A DNA stretch of 64,000 nt, from contig CP169074.1 in assembly GCA_041891055.1 (NCBI GenBank), forward strand, positions 288,001-352,000, given 5' to 3'. The notes under the pieces are model-generated. The model had not been told where the DNA came from and did not search any database. It saw only the letters and a list, made by a program, of their open reading frames with translations. The number at the start of each line of letters is the position of its first letter. The stretch's first letter is position 1. This DNA comes from Halorutilales archaeon Cl-col2-1. Its GTDB lineage: Archaea > Halobacteriota > Halobacteria > Halobacteriales > Afararchaeaceae. This document shows, one piece after another, positions 50,505 through 59,998 of this stretch. Position numbers and translations under genes: made by a program.

Positions 50505-51257
50505 ATGTTAAGCTTCGTTGGTCTAGGACTCTACGACGAGCGCGACATAACCCTCAAGGGGAGGGACGCGATTGCCGACGCCGACTCCGTCTACGCCGAG
50601 TTCTACACGAGCGTACTCTCGGGGACGTCACTCGAAGAGCTAGAGGAGTTCCACAGCGTCGAGATAAACAGGCTGTCAAGGGAGGAAGTCGAGTCAGACC
50701 CAGAGTTCTTAGACGAGGCGCGTGAGAATAACGTCGTCTTCCTCTCGGGAGGCGACGCGATGGTGAGTACGACACACGCCGACCTGCGTCTCCGTGCCCA
50801 CGAGAAGGGGATAGAGACACGTGTGATACACGCGCCGAGCATACAGACCGCCGTCTCGGGTGTCACCGGACTCCAGAACTACAGGTTCGGACGTTCGACG
50901 ACTCTTCCGTTCGAACACGACGGCTGGAGACCTGACTCGCCCTACGAGGCGATACTCGAGAACCTCGAAAGAGATCTCCATACACTCGTCTTCCTCGACA
51001 TAGAGGTCGAGGGCGAGGAAGGGAGATACATGACTGCCGACGAAGGCGCGAGGATACTCGGCGAGACCGGCGACTCCGGTGAGATAGACACTGTTGTCGG
51101 CATAGCGCGCGCGGGGAGCGAGTCGCCCGAGGTCTTCGCGGGAACCCCCGACGAGGTCTCGAACCACGACTTCGGACCTCCTCTCCATATACTCGTCGTG
51201 CCCGCGTCTCTACACCACATAGAGGAGGAGTCGCTCCGAGAGATAGCGAACCTGTGA
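50505..51257 (+). CDS. dph5: Diphthine synthase
   Basis: GLGLYDERDIT, EFYTS, TTH.DL, GLQNYRFG, HTLVFLDI, FGPPLH. Confidence 0.96.
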   Translation: MLSFVGLGLYDERDITLKGRDAIADADSVYAEFYTSVLSGTSLEELEEFHSVEINRLSREEVESDPEFLDEARENNVVFLSGGDAMVSTTHADLRLRAHEKGIETRVIHAPSIQTAVSGVTGLQNYRFGRSTTLPFEHDGWRPDSPYEAILENLERDLHTLVFLDIEVEGEEGRYMTADEGARILGETGDSGEIDTVVGIARAGSESPEVFAGTPDEVSNHDFGPPLHILVVPASLHHIEEESLREIANL

Positions 51258-51319
51258 TACTACTTCTCTGATACGTCCACGCCGACCTCCTAAGTCTAAG
51301 TCTACGGCTACGGATTAAG

Positions 51320-51790
51320 CTAAGCCTCGAACTCCGCGCCACAGTCGGGACATCTCATCCCCGGCTCTCCGTCGATAACTGTGAACTCCATGTAGTCGGC
51401 TTCACCACAGTCGCGGCAAGGTGCCGCAATACGGATATCAGTCGACTCCTGAGGAGTGCCGAGTGCGAGGGCTCGGACGGTCTCGTCCGACTCGTTCCGT
51501 CCCTGTAGATACTCGCCCGGGTCGAATCTAACCATCTGTCCCTGAGTCACAGTGACAGTCTCAGTTTCGGCGTCTAACTCGGGCTTTGTCTCGAAGGTAG
51601 CCTCGCCTTCGAGAACGAAGAAGGTCTCCTCCTGGTCGAGATGGCTGTGTACAGCATCGGCGAAGTTCTCTCCCGGCTCAAGCACGTAGTAGTTCATCGA
51701 GAAGTCCTGAGCACCCAGCGGCTCCGAGACGCTCTGTCTGTTCCGGGGGTCTTCCTCCGGAGTCATACTGTTAAGGTCGATCTTCTGCAT
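51320..51790 (-). CDS. Cupin protein with C-terminal Zn ribbon
   Basis: HSHLDQEE cupin motif; CRDC...CPDC. Confidence 0.85.
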   Translation of the reverse strand: MQKIDLNSMTPEEDPRNRQSVSEPLGAQDFSMNYYVLEPGENFADAVHSHLDQEETFFVLEGEATFETKPELDAETETVTVTQGQMVRFDPGEYLQGRNESDETVRALALGTPQESTDIRIAAPCRDCGEADYMEFTVIDGEPGMRCPDCGAEFEA

Positions 51791-51846
51791 ACAGCCACAG
51801 ACGTGTCCTCAGTGACGAAAAAGATACTGGTGCTTTTAAATCAAAT

Positions 51847-53181
51847 TCAGTCTATCTCGCTCTGGACGTCGAGTTGGTTCATGCTGTCGACTTCTTCACT
51901 GATTCCCTCTACCATAGCCTCCTGTTCCTCGTTCGAGGCGGCGATGTCCTCAGCCTTGTCGGAGACCCTCTCAGCTTTCTCGGATGCCTCGTCTACCATG
52001 CTCGCTATCTCCTCGGAGCTAGATGCCTGCTGGTTCGTGGCACTCGAAACTTCCTCGACGCTCTGGGAGACCTCCTCGACCATCTCGGCGATCTCCTTGA
52101 AGTTCTCGCCCGCGGTCTCGACCTTGTCGGCACCCTCGTCGATAAGCTGGTTGTTGTCTTCGAGGCTCTCGACGGTCTCCATCGCGTTGTCCTGTATCGT
52201 CTCGACGATCTCCTCTATCTCGCTCGCGTGGCTCTGTGACTCCTCTGCTAGCTGTTTTACCTCGTCTGCGACGACAGCGAATCCTTCGCCTGCCTCTCCT
52301 GCGCGCGCCGCCTCTATGTTGGCGTTGAGTGCGAGGAGGTTAGTCTGGTCTGCTATGTCGTTTATGACCTCGACTATCTCGTTTATCTCCTCGACGCTCT
52401 TCCTGAGGTCTTTGACGTCCTCCGAGACCTCGTGAGACGACTCCTCTATCCTCTCCATCATCTCGACTGCCTCATCGGCTGACTCCTCTCCCTCCGCAGC
52501 TTTGTCCCTCGCGGTTTCGCTTCTCTGGCTGACCTCGTCGGTGCTAGAGGCGATCTCCTCGACGGTCGCACTCAGATTCGAGACCTCGCTCGATATCTGT
52601 TCCATTGACTCCGACTGTTCCTCGGTGAGATGGCTGATCTCCTGTGAGTTCTGAGCCACGTGCTGGGAGACTTCCTTGAGGTCGTCGACCGAGTCCTTGA
52701 CGTTGCCCACAGTCTCCTTCTCGTCTGTGAGGTCTCTGAAGGTTTCGGCGATACCTATAATGTCGCCCTCCGAATCACGAACCGGGCGGCAGATGAGTTC
52801 GGTGGGTATTACCTCGCCGTCGTAGCTTTCCTTGTTTACTTCGACACGGATCTCGTCCTTGCCGTGGTCGACTATCTGGTTGAGAGTGCAGTTATCCGTG
52901 CCACATACGTCGGGGTTCGAGAACTGGTCGAAGCATTTGACGCCTTCGACGCCTTCGGCTTCCACATCCCCCATCTCCTTCATCTGCTGGTTTTCGAGTA
53001 TGACATTGAAGTCGGTGTCGAGAATCCTCATCGCAGCCCCCGTCGACTCCATCACTGTCCTTATGTTGTTGCCGAGCTCTTCCTTGAACTCGTCCTCAGT
53101 CAGGCTCTTACCCCCTGATATCTCTTGAGACAGGTCGGCGTCGGAGCTTCCGTGGGTCGGGAGACTCTTATCAATAGACAT
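51847..53181 (-). CDS. Soluble PAS-domain methyl-accepting chemotransducer
   Basis: [33 protein letters not shown]; N-terminal PAS; no TM. Confidence 0.92.
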   Translation of the reverse strand: MSIDKSLPTHGSSDADLSQEISGGKSLTEDEFKEELGNNIRTVMESTGAAMRILDTDFNVILENQQMKEMGDVEAEGVEGVKCFDQFSNPDVCGTDNCTLNQIVDHGKDEIRVEVNKESYDGEVIPTELICRPVRDSEGDIIGIAETFRDLTDEKETVGNVKDSVDDLKEVSQHVAQNSQEISHLTEEQSESMEQISSEVSNLSATVEEIASSTDEVSQRSETARDKAAEGEESADEAVEMMERIEESSHEVSEDVKDLRKSVEEINEIVEVINDIADQTNLLALNANIEAARAGEAGEGFAVVADEVKQLAEESQSHASEIEEIVETIQDNAMETVESLEDNNQLIDEGADKVETAGENFKEIAEMVEEVSQSVEEVSSATNQQASSSEEIASMVDEASEKAERVSDKAEDIAASNEEQEAMVEGISEEVDSMNQLDVQSEID

Positions 53182-53309
53182 ATGCCTATACTGGCTTCAT
53201 CACATGGCTATATATACTTGTATATGTAGGAATTTTGCAAGATTCTCACACAGTAAACCCCACTAAAAATCCGGATATACAGAAGAGTCAGACCGCCTTC
53301 ATCTCAGCC

Positions 53310-54875
53310 TCAGCCTATCTGCTGTCTAATCTCGTCTATGTCGACGGCTGCCTCGGATATCAGGTTGTCAAGTGCCTCGGTTATCAGAACGAAGTCCTCT
53401 AGCTGTTCGTTGGTCTTCTCCTTCATCTCGTGAGTCTTACGTGTCGCAGACTCCGCCTTAGTGCTGACTTCGTCGACCATTCCGGCGACCTCCTCGGTGC
53501 TCGTCGCCTGGTCTTCGGTTGCCTCGGCGACTTCGTTAATTCCGTCGGACGCCTCCTCGACTGCGGAGTTGACCTCCTTGAATGTCTCCGCAGCCGTGTT
53601 CACGACGGAGATGCCCTCACCGACGTCTTCGTCCATCTCCTCAAGGCTGTCGAGGGTCTCATCAGCAGTCTCCTGAATACTCTCGACAATCTTCTCTATC
53701 TCGGTCGCACGTTCCTGCGACTGTTCGGCGAGATCCTTGACCTCGTCGGCGACGACAGCGAATCCCTCGCCTGCCTCTCCCGCCCTCGCAGCCTCTATGC
53801 TCGCGTTGAGTGCGAGTAGGTTGGTCTGGTCGGCTATGTCGTTTATGACCTCGACCACCTCGTTTATCTCGTCCATCATGCTGTGGAGGTCTTCCATGTT
53901 CTGTCTGACCTCGTCGTTGGCGTCACGTATGTTACGGATCGATCCCTCGGCTCTCTCAGCTTTACGTCTCCCGTCAGTCCCTTTCTGACTAGCCTTGTCG
54001 GCTGCGAGGGATACCTCGTCGGCACTCGCGGCTATCTCCTCTACCGAAGCACTCAGACTGGATATCTCGGATGCGATCTCGTCTATGTCCTCCTTCTGTT
54101 CCTTCACTGTCTCCTCTGTCTCCGACGCGATTTGGTTGACCTCCTGACTTGTGTCCTTGACTACCTCAGTAGAGTCCTCAACGCCTTCCGCCATTCTCTC
54201 CATGGCTTCTATGTTTTCGATCTCGTTTAGGAAAGAATGCTGATATGTGTCGACTGCAACCTGCATGTCGAGGTTAGTTATCTTGAGAACCGACATCACG
54301 GTCTCGAAACTGTCGGAAAGCTCCGACTCAATTACTGACTCCACACCGCGCTTGAGATCTTCCTTGGATTCGTAGTCAGAGTCGTATACCTCGTCGGCGA
54401 CCCTCTCGGCTATCCCGTCTTCGGCACGTCTTCTTATCTCGGGAAGTATGTTTCTGTAATAGAGTATGTACGCCCCGAAGTAATACTTCGGAGGCATATT
54501 TATCATGTCGTGTAGCTTCCCTATCCGTGCGCGGTCTGCGAAGTACTCCGTACTGTAGCTACCGTTTCCGAGAGACAGAAGATACTCCTTCTGTGTCTTC
54601 TTGAGTTCGGAGACGGGACGTGACGAGCGGCGTAGTATCTCGTCAGTCTCGTCGAACGACTCTAACGTGGCGTAGAAGTCGTCGACGGCTTCGTCCTTTA
54701 TATCCTCCAACACAGGAGTAATCTCCCGGAGATTCCGGGCGTCCTCACCGTCGAATCCGAGTATCTTCTTTCTGAACTCTATCTCGCTTTCGTCTATTCC
54801 TAACTCGTCTATGAGACTACTGCCGTCAACTTTACTTCCTCTCCCCCCAGAAGAGGACTTTTCCCCCAGGCTCAT
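53310..54875 (-). CDS. Globin-coupled aerotaxis transducer (HemAT-like)
   Basis: [21 protein letters not shown] globin motif + MCP domain; likely start MSLGEK at 54875. Confidence 0.9.
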   Translation of the reverse strand: MSLGEKSSSGGRGSKVDGSSLIDELGIDESEIEFRKKILGFDGEDARNLREITPVLEDIKDEAVDDFYATLESFDETDEILRRSSRPVSELKKTQKEYLLSLGNGSYSTEYFADRARIGKLHDMINMPPKYYFGAYILYYRNILPEIRRRAEDGIAERVADEVYDSDYESKEDLKRGVESVIESELSDSFETVMSVLKITNLDMQVAVDTYQHSFLNEIENIEAMERMAEGVEDSTEVVKDTSQEVNQIASETEETVKEQKEDIDEIASEISSLSASVEEIAASADEVSLAADKASQKGTDGRRKAERAEGSIRNIRDANDEVRQNMEDLHSMMDEINEVVEVINDIADQTNLLALNASIEAARAGEAGEGFAVVADEVKDLAEQSQERATEIEKIVESIQETADETLDSLEEMDEDVGEGISVVNTAAETFKEVNSAVEEASDGINEVAEATEDQATSTEEVAGMVDEVSTKAESATRKTHEMKEKTNEQLEDFVLITEALDNLISEAAVDIDEIRQQIG

Positions 54876-55001
54876 GCGCCTGTCTTCAGCACGGTAACTT
54901 ATATCTTTTTGGGCGGAGATGGGGATACAGTGAAAAACAGTCCCTTGTGCTGAAGATACGGGGTTCCGTCCTTTTTTGACCCGCGGACGCGTCGTACGTT
55001 T

Positions 55002-55658
55002 ATGCAAGACCTGACCCATCGCATCGAGAACGACGTCCAGACGTACCCGGGAGATCCCGACGTCGAGATTGAGTCCGACTCGGTCTACTCGGAGGACGGG
55101 TGCAGGGTTTCACGTCTGTCGCTCGGAAGCCACACCGGAACACACGTCGACGCGCCGTCCCACACAGAGCCCGACGGAGACTCGCTCGGGTCGTACGGAG
55201 TAGAGTCGTTCGTCTTTGAGACCGTACGTGTCGACTGCCGTGACCTGGGCTCGCGCGAGAGTATAGGTCTCGAACGTCTCCCTGACCTCAGTGCCGACAC
55301 CTGTGTCGACTGCCTAGTCTTCTGGACGGGCTGGGACAGACACTGGAATACCGACAGATACCTCGACCATCCGTATCTGTCGTGCGAGGCGGCTGAGTAC
55401 TGTGCCGAACACGGGGTCGCAGTCGGAACCGATACACTCAGCCCCGATCCGACACCCTCCGAGGAGCCTCACGACACGAGCTTCGACGCACACAGTGCTC
55501 TTCTCGGCGAGGGATGTCTTATCTTCGAGAACCTCACGAACCTCGGAGAACTCCCCGATAGATTCGAACTCCGAGCCTATCCATTACGTCTCGATACTGA
55601 CGGGTCGCCCGTGCGCGCTGTCGGGGTTAGACTCAGTAAGACAGATGGAACTGTGTGA
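55002..55658 (+). CDS. Cyclase family (kynurenine formamidase-like) metal hydrolase
   Basis: [30 protein letters not shown]. Confidence 0.9.
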   Translation: MQDLTHRIENDVQTYPGDPDVEIESDSVYSEDGCRVSRLSLGSHTGTHVDAPSHTEPDGDSLGSYGVESFVFETVRVDCRDLGSRESIGLERLPDLSADTCVDCLVFWTGWDRHWNTDRYLDHPYLSCEAAEYCAEHGVAVGTDTLSPDPTPSEEPHDTSFDAHSALLGEGCLIFENLTNLGELPDRFELRAYPLRLDTDGSPVRAVGVRLSKTDGTV

Positions 55659-55669
55659 ACCGGGTTGGG

Positions 55670-56914
55670 CTACTCGTACCTGAGAGCGTCTATGGGGTTT
55701 ACCTTCGATGCCCTCCAGGCGGGATATATGCCGGCGACCACACCGACTGTGACTCCCATGAATACCGAGAAGACGACCCATCCGACTGCGGGAGTGAAGC
55801 CGACGCCCGCATAGACCGTAGCACCCCAGGCTATTCCGAGACCGATGGGTATTCCGATTACCGACCCCGCGGTGCTCAGTAGGACAGCCTCGGTGAGGAA
55901 GAGCTTCACGACGTCGCGGTTGGTGGCTCCGACTGACTTCATTATTCCAATCTCCTTCGTACGTTCGGTCACGCTCACGAGTGTGATGTTAGCTATTCCG
56001 ACCGCTCCGACTACGAGTGATATAACGGCTATCCCCGTCACGAACTTGGTTATCCTGTCTATGACGTCCTCTATCTCGTCTATTATGTCGCCGCTCGTCT
56101 GAACCGTGAATCCACTGTTGTCGGGAACCAGATCTGAGGCGGCGGAGCTCTGTCTTAGGTACTCCTCGATACCGTCGCCCGTCTCTCCGATGCGTTCGGT
56201 GTCAGCGACGACAGTCATCTGTGGGTAGGCTTTCTGGTCGTATCCGAGACCCGGTACCGTCACTGTCGTGGTGTAGAAAGGATCTGAGGGTAGGTAGAAA
56301 CGTGGGACAGCGTCGCCGAATCCCGTGACGAACTCTCCCTGTGTCGACGACACTACTCCGACGACTCTTAACTCGGTCTCCTCGCCCGACGAGTCTGTCA
56401 TAACCACCGTCGAGCCAACTGTGACGTTCTCCCCGAACGCCTCCGCCCCAGCCCTGTTCATGACTATCTCGTCGGACCCAGACCTGAATCCACGCCCCTC
56501 CAAGACGGATTCCTGGCTAAACGTCTCGGGAACCGTGGCGATCACTGTCTGTTGTGCGACCGTCCGGTTAGCATACGACAGGGACGACACCGGAATTATT
56601 CCTCTCGGTATCACCTTCCTGACCCCCTCTATCTCCGAGATCTCCTCTACGTCACCCGTCGTAAACACGGGGTTTATCGAGGATCCGAAGTCGGTCGGGG
56701 CACCGTGTTCGTCCTCGCCCGGAAATACATAGATGTTGTTGGCGTTCGTCGTGCCTATCTGACCCACGACGTCAGCCCTTACACTCGCGCCGAAGGTCGA
56801 GAAGACTATCACAGACGCGATACCGATCACGACACCTAAGACTGTGAGAGAAGACCTCAGACGGTGGGCACGTATCGAACGTCCGGATATACGTAGTATC
56901 TCCCTCAGCTTCAT
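55670..56914 (-). CDS. MacB/FtsX-type ABC transporter permease
   Basis: RSSLTVLGVVIG, SVTERTKEIGIMKSVGA, YPAWRASKVNPIDALRYE. Confidence 0.93.
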   Translation of the reverse strand: MKLREILRISGRSIRAHRLRSSLTVLGVVIGIASVIVFSTFGASVRADVVGQIGTTNANNIYVFPGEDEHGAPTDFGSSINPVFTTGDVEEISEIEGVRKVIPRGIIPVSSLSYANRTVAQQTVIATVPETFSQESVLEGRGFRSGSDEIVMNRAGAEAFGENVTVGSTVVMTDSSGEETELRVVGVVSSTQGEFVTGFGDAVPRFYLPSDPFYTTTVTVPGLGYDQKAYPQMTVVADTERIGETGDGIEEYLRQSSAASDLVPDNSGFTVQTSGDIIDEIEDVIDRITKFVTGIAVISLVVGAVGIANITLVSVTERTKEIGIMKSVGATNRDVVKLFLTEAVLLSTAGSVIGIPIGLGIAWGATVYAGVGFTPAVGWVVFSVFMGVTVGVVAGIYPAWRASKVNPIDALRYE

Positions 56915-57660
56915 ACTCTATCCCCTTTTCTGAGATCTTCGACCCTCTCAACGTCGCCGTCACGGATATGTACGATTCTCTCGGCGTGTTCGGCAATACG
57001 GCGTGAGTGTGTCACGAGGAGAACCGTGTTTCCGTCGTCGTGAATCTCCGAGAGTAGAGCCATTATCTCGTCGCCCGTCTCGGTGTCTATGTTTCCCGTG
57101 GGCTCGTCGGCGAGAACCACCGACGGATCCGGGGCAAGCGCGCGTGCTATCGCAACACGCTGTCTCTGTCCGCCGCTAAGCTGGGTCGGCTTGTGGTCGT
57201 ATCTGTCTCCTAAGCCGACGTCGTCGAGGCTCTGTCTCGCGCGTTCGAGCCTTTCTTCCTTTCCCCATCCGGCGAAAGCCAGAGGCAGTGCGACGTTCTC
57301 GACGGCTGTGAGACGAGGCATTAGGTTGAAAGTCTGAAAGATGAAACCGACCTCTGTACCTCTCAGGGACGCACGTCTGTCCTCGGTAACCGACCCGATC
57401 TCCTCGTCACGTATCCTCACTTCACCCTCGTCGGGGACATCGAGACCGCCTATGAGGTTCAGAAGAGTGCTCTTACCCGATCCGCTCGGACCCATGACTG
57501 AGGTGTACGACCCCTCACGCAGACTCACCGAGACCCCGTCGAGAGCCTTTACGGTGCCGCCGAGGTCGTACCTCTTGACCACGTCAGCGACCTCGACTAC
57601 TGCTTCCGTGTCGGAGTCCGACAGACCCTCGTGGTTTGGAGCTGAGTTAGCGTGTGTCAC
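56911..57660 (-). CDS. ABC transporter ATP-binding protein (LolD/MacB type)
   Basis: [29 protein letters not shown]. Confidence 0.95.
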   Translation of the reverse strand: MTHANSAPNHEGLSDSDTEAVVEVADVVKRYDLGGTVKALDGVSVSLREGSYTSVMGPSGSGKSTLLNLIGGLDVPDEGEVRIRDEEIGSVTEDRRASLRGTEVGFIFQTFNLMPRLTAVENVALPLAFAGWGKEERLERARQSLDDVGLGDRYDHKPTQLSGGQRQRVAIARALAPDPSVVLADEPTGNIDTETGDEIMALLSEIHDDGNTVLLVTHSRRIAEHAERIVHIRDGDVERVEDLRKGDRV

Positions 57661-57779
57661 TGCTCAAGATAGAGTCCGAGACCGTATATACCTTTGTCCT
57701 ATCCGCTGTACGGCAGTGGTACGACTCTCTAGAACGTCGAACACGCACAAGCCATTTAACCGTACAGTGTGTATGAATC

Positions 57780-59111
57780 GTGATGGATAAGAGAGAGAGT
57801 CCCACCGACACTGACACCGACGACGCAGCCGACGACGCGGAAAGCCGGGGTATCACGGACAGCTTCGGTCTACTTGCGATAGCCCTACTCGTAATAGGTG
57901 TCGTAGGAGCGGGTCTTACTATAGCTCAGACCCCGATGGGGGACAACACTGACACGCGAGACGCCGAGACAGTCACTGCAGACGGTGTCCTCGAAGGGGT
58001 ACACGAAAGATACAACTCCTCCGAGACTCTCGCCGGAAACGCGACTGTTGAGGTCAGTAAGGAGGATGAAACCAGAAGCTACTCTGTCTCGTTTGCCGTG
58101 GCTGACGAGAACGAGTCACGTGTCTCGGTCGACAGCGAAAACCGATCAGCCGTCTTGGGATCGAACGGTTCGGCAGTCTGGCTACATTCCGAGAAAGAAG
58201 GCGTCACACGTGTTTACAGCCGTGACGAGATACGTGACGCAAAGGAAGGCGACATAGAGCCGTTCGGCTTCGGTAGACAGCCGTTCGACCACAACCACAG
58301 CCGTGACGGTGAGTACGAACACCTGTGGGGATCGGTCGACGCTAACGAGACGAATCCTAAGCCTTGGGACATCGACGCCGTTCACGACCACGGCTACGAC
58401 CACAGCCAAGCCTCGAACCACACCATAAACACGACGTCTGAGTACGTCGGAAGACAGAGTCTCCGTGGCACCGAAGCACACGTAGTTGAGATAACTCTCA
58501 GAGATGAGAACCAGAGCCGACATCCGGAGACCCTCGTGACCTACTGGGTCTCGAACGACGACGTAGTTCTGAGACAGGAGGTGGAGACCCCGAACGCGAC
58601 TGTCACAGTCGACGTGACTCAGACGAGGTTCAACGTGAGTATAGCCGACTCAACCTTCGAGCCTCCGACGGGTGAAGACACCACACAGTTCGCGACTTCG
58701 ACCTTCGACTCCTTCGACGGTCTACAGGACTCGACCGATTTCGAGCTACTCCGCCTAGGCTCGAACTACAGCTTCGACGAGGGACGGAAGGTCGTCTACG
58801 CGGGTGAGACAGCCGCAGTACAGGAGTACGTAGACGACGGATCGCGTCTCAGAGTCGTCTCAGCCGAAGACACCAGCCGAAGCTTCGGCTTCGCTGATCG
58901 GCACACGAGTACCAGCGTAAACAAGACATCGACTCAGGAGACTGAGGTCGTTATAGACGGAGTCAACACGACAGTCACTGTCTCGGAGACGAGCCGAGGA
59001 GCCGCAGTCTCTTGGACTCACGAGACAGACGGAGACGAACTCAGACACGCAGTAGTCTCCGAGACGGAGTCTGCCGAGACGGTCTTAGAGGTCGTCGAGA
59101 AGATCGGCTGA
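57780..59111 (+). CDS. Membrane-anchored LolA-like (DUF2092-type) protein
   Basis: N-terminal TM; GSNGSAVW, YWV, FNVSIADSTFEPP LolA-like pattern; many N-x-S/T sequons. Confidence 0.7.
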   Translation: MMDKRESPTDTDTDDAADDAESRGITDSFGLLAIALLVIGVVGAGLTIAQTPMGDNTDTRDAETVTADGVLEGVHERYNSSETLAGNATVEVSKEDETRSYSVSFAVADENESRVSVDSENRSAVLGSNGSAVWLHSEKEGVTRVYSRDEIRDAKEGDIEPFGFGRQPFDHNHSRDGEYEHLWGSVDANETNPKPWDIDAVHDHGYDHSQASNHTINTTSEYVGRQSLRGTEAHVVEITLRDENQSRHPETLVTYWVSNDDVVLRQEVETPNATVTVDVTQTRFNVSIADSTFEPPTGEDTTQFATSTFDSFDGLQDSTDFELLRLGSNYSFDEGRKVVYAGETAAVQEYVDDGSRLRVVSAEDTSRSFGFADRHTSTSVNKTSTQETEVVIDGVNTTVTVSETSRGAAVSWTHETDGDELRHAVVSETESAETVLEVVEKIG

Positions 59112-59162
59112 GGCTTAAGTTTACCATCAGAAATGCTTAATAGACAGCCCTACTGTGACCAT

Positions 59163-59255
59163 ATGCACCGTCCTAACAGACGGTGAGCCCGCCGTCCCCT
59201 TCCCTGTGCCTCTGTCTTGCCAGCCCTCTCCTATCCTATTTTGACCTCTCTTCGA
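59163..59255 (+). ncRNA. Candidate small RNA / micro-ORF transcript
   Basis: TATA-like CTTAATA 59136-59142, hairpin CACCGTC/GACGGTG, long pyrimidine tract. Confidence 0.25.
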
Positions 59256-59446
59256 CATAACCACGAGATCAGGCTTAGACTCAGACAGACGCGGCTCCTA
59301 AGTCTAAGCCGAAATGACCCAGGGTAATCAACCCCTTTCGCGTCTCTAACCCGAAGATGTCAGCAGCCGTGATTTTTCATATATTGCACATATATATCAT
59401 GAAAGTATGCCATAGACTTATTTCAGTCGGAGTAGTAAGGCGTCCC

Positions 59447-59858
59447 ATGCTTGTGAGGGATGTCATGTCGGACGAAGTCGTAAAAGCGGGCTGTGACGAG
59501 ACAGTTCACGACGGGATCGAGAAGATGCTCAGAAACTGCGTCGGATCTGTGGTAGTCACACGTAAGGGCGATCCCATGGGAATAGTAACCGAGACAGACA
59601 TCCTCAAACACGGCTACAGGTCAAGAGGCAGGTTCACCGAGACTTCTCTTTCGAAGATAAATGAGTTCTCCCCTGGTCAATATACAGCCCGAGAAGTCGA
59701 TAAGGGAAGCAGCCGAAACTATGAGGGCGGAGTCAGTGAAGAAGGTTGCCGTCATGGATCATCTCGATCTAATGGGTATAATCACTCTGAGTGACATAGT
59801 ATACAGTCACTCTGACATCCTGAAGGAGGCCCACCGTCTCGACACTCCTGACGTCTGA
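59447..59858 (+). pseudogene. Tandem CBS-domain protein, frameshifted
   Basis: MLVRDVMS...GIVTETD then an extra A (ATA-A-ATG, 59660) shifts the frame to MSSPLV...GIITLSDI. Confidence 0.8.
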
Positions 59859-59998
59859 GATGTTTAAAGCCGCGTTTAGTTTTGGTCTTTCGATACCCCC
59901 TGTTGTTCTCTTCACTGTGGTACGGAGATCACAGCTGCCACTTCTGACACATACTCATCAAGTCTAAAGTCGAACCACCGGGATTTGGAGTCGTATAC

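Noticed and set aside
52250-53870. Nucleotide repeat shared by the two transducer genes
   Set aside because: Explained by the highly conserved MCP signalling hairpin
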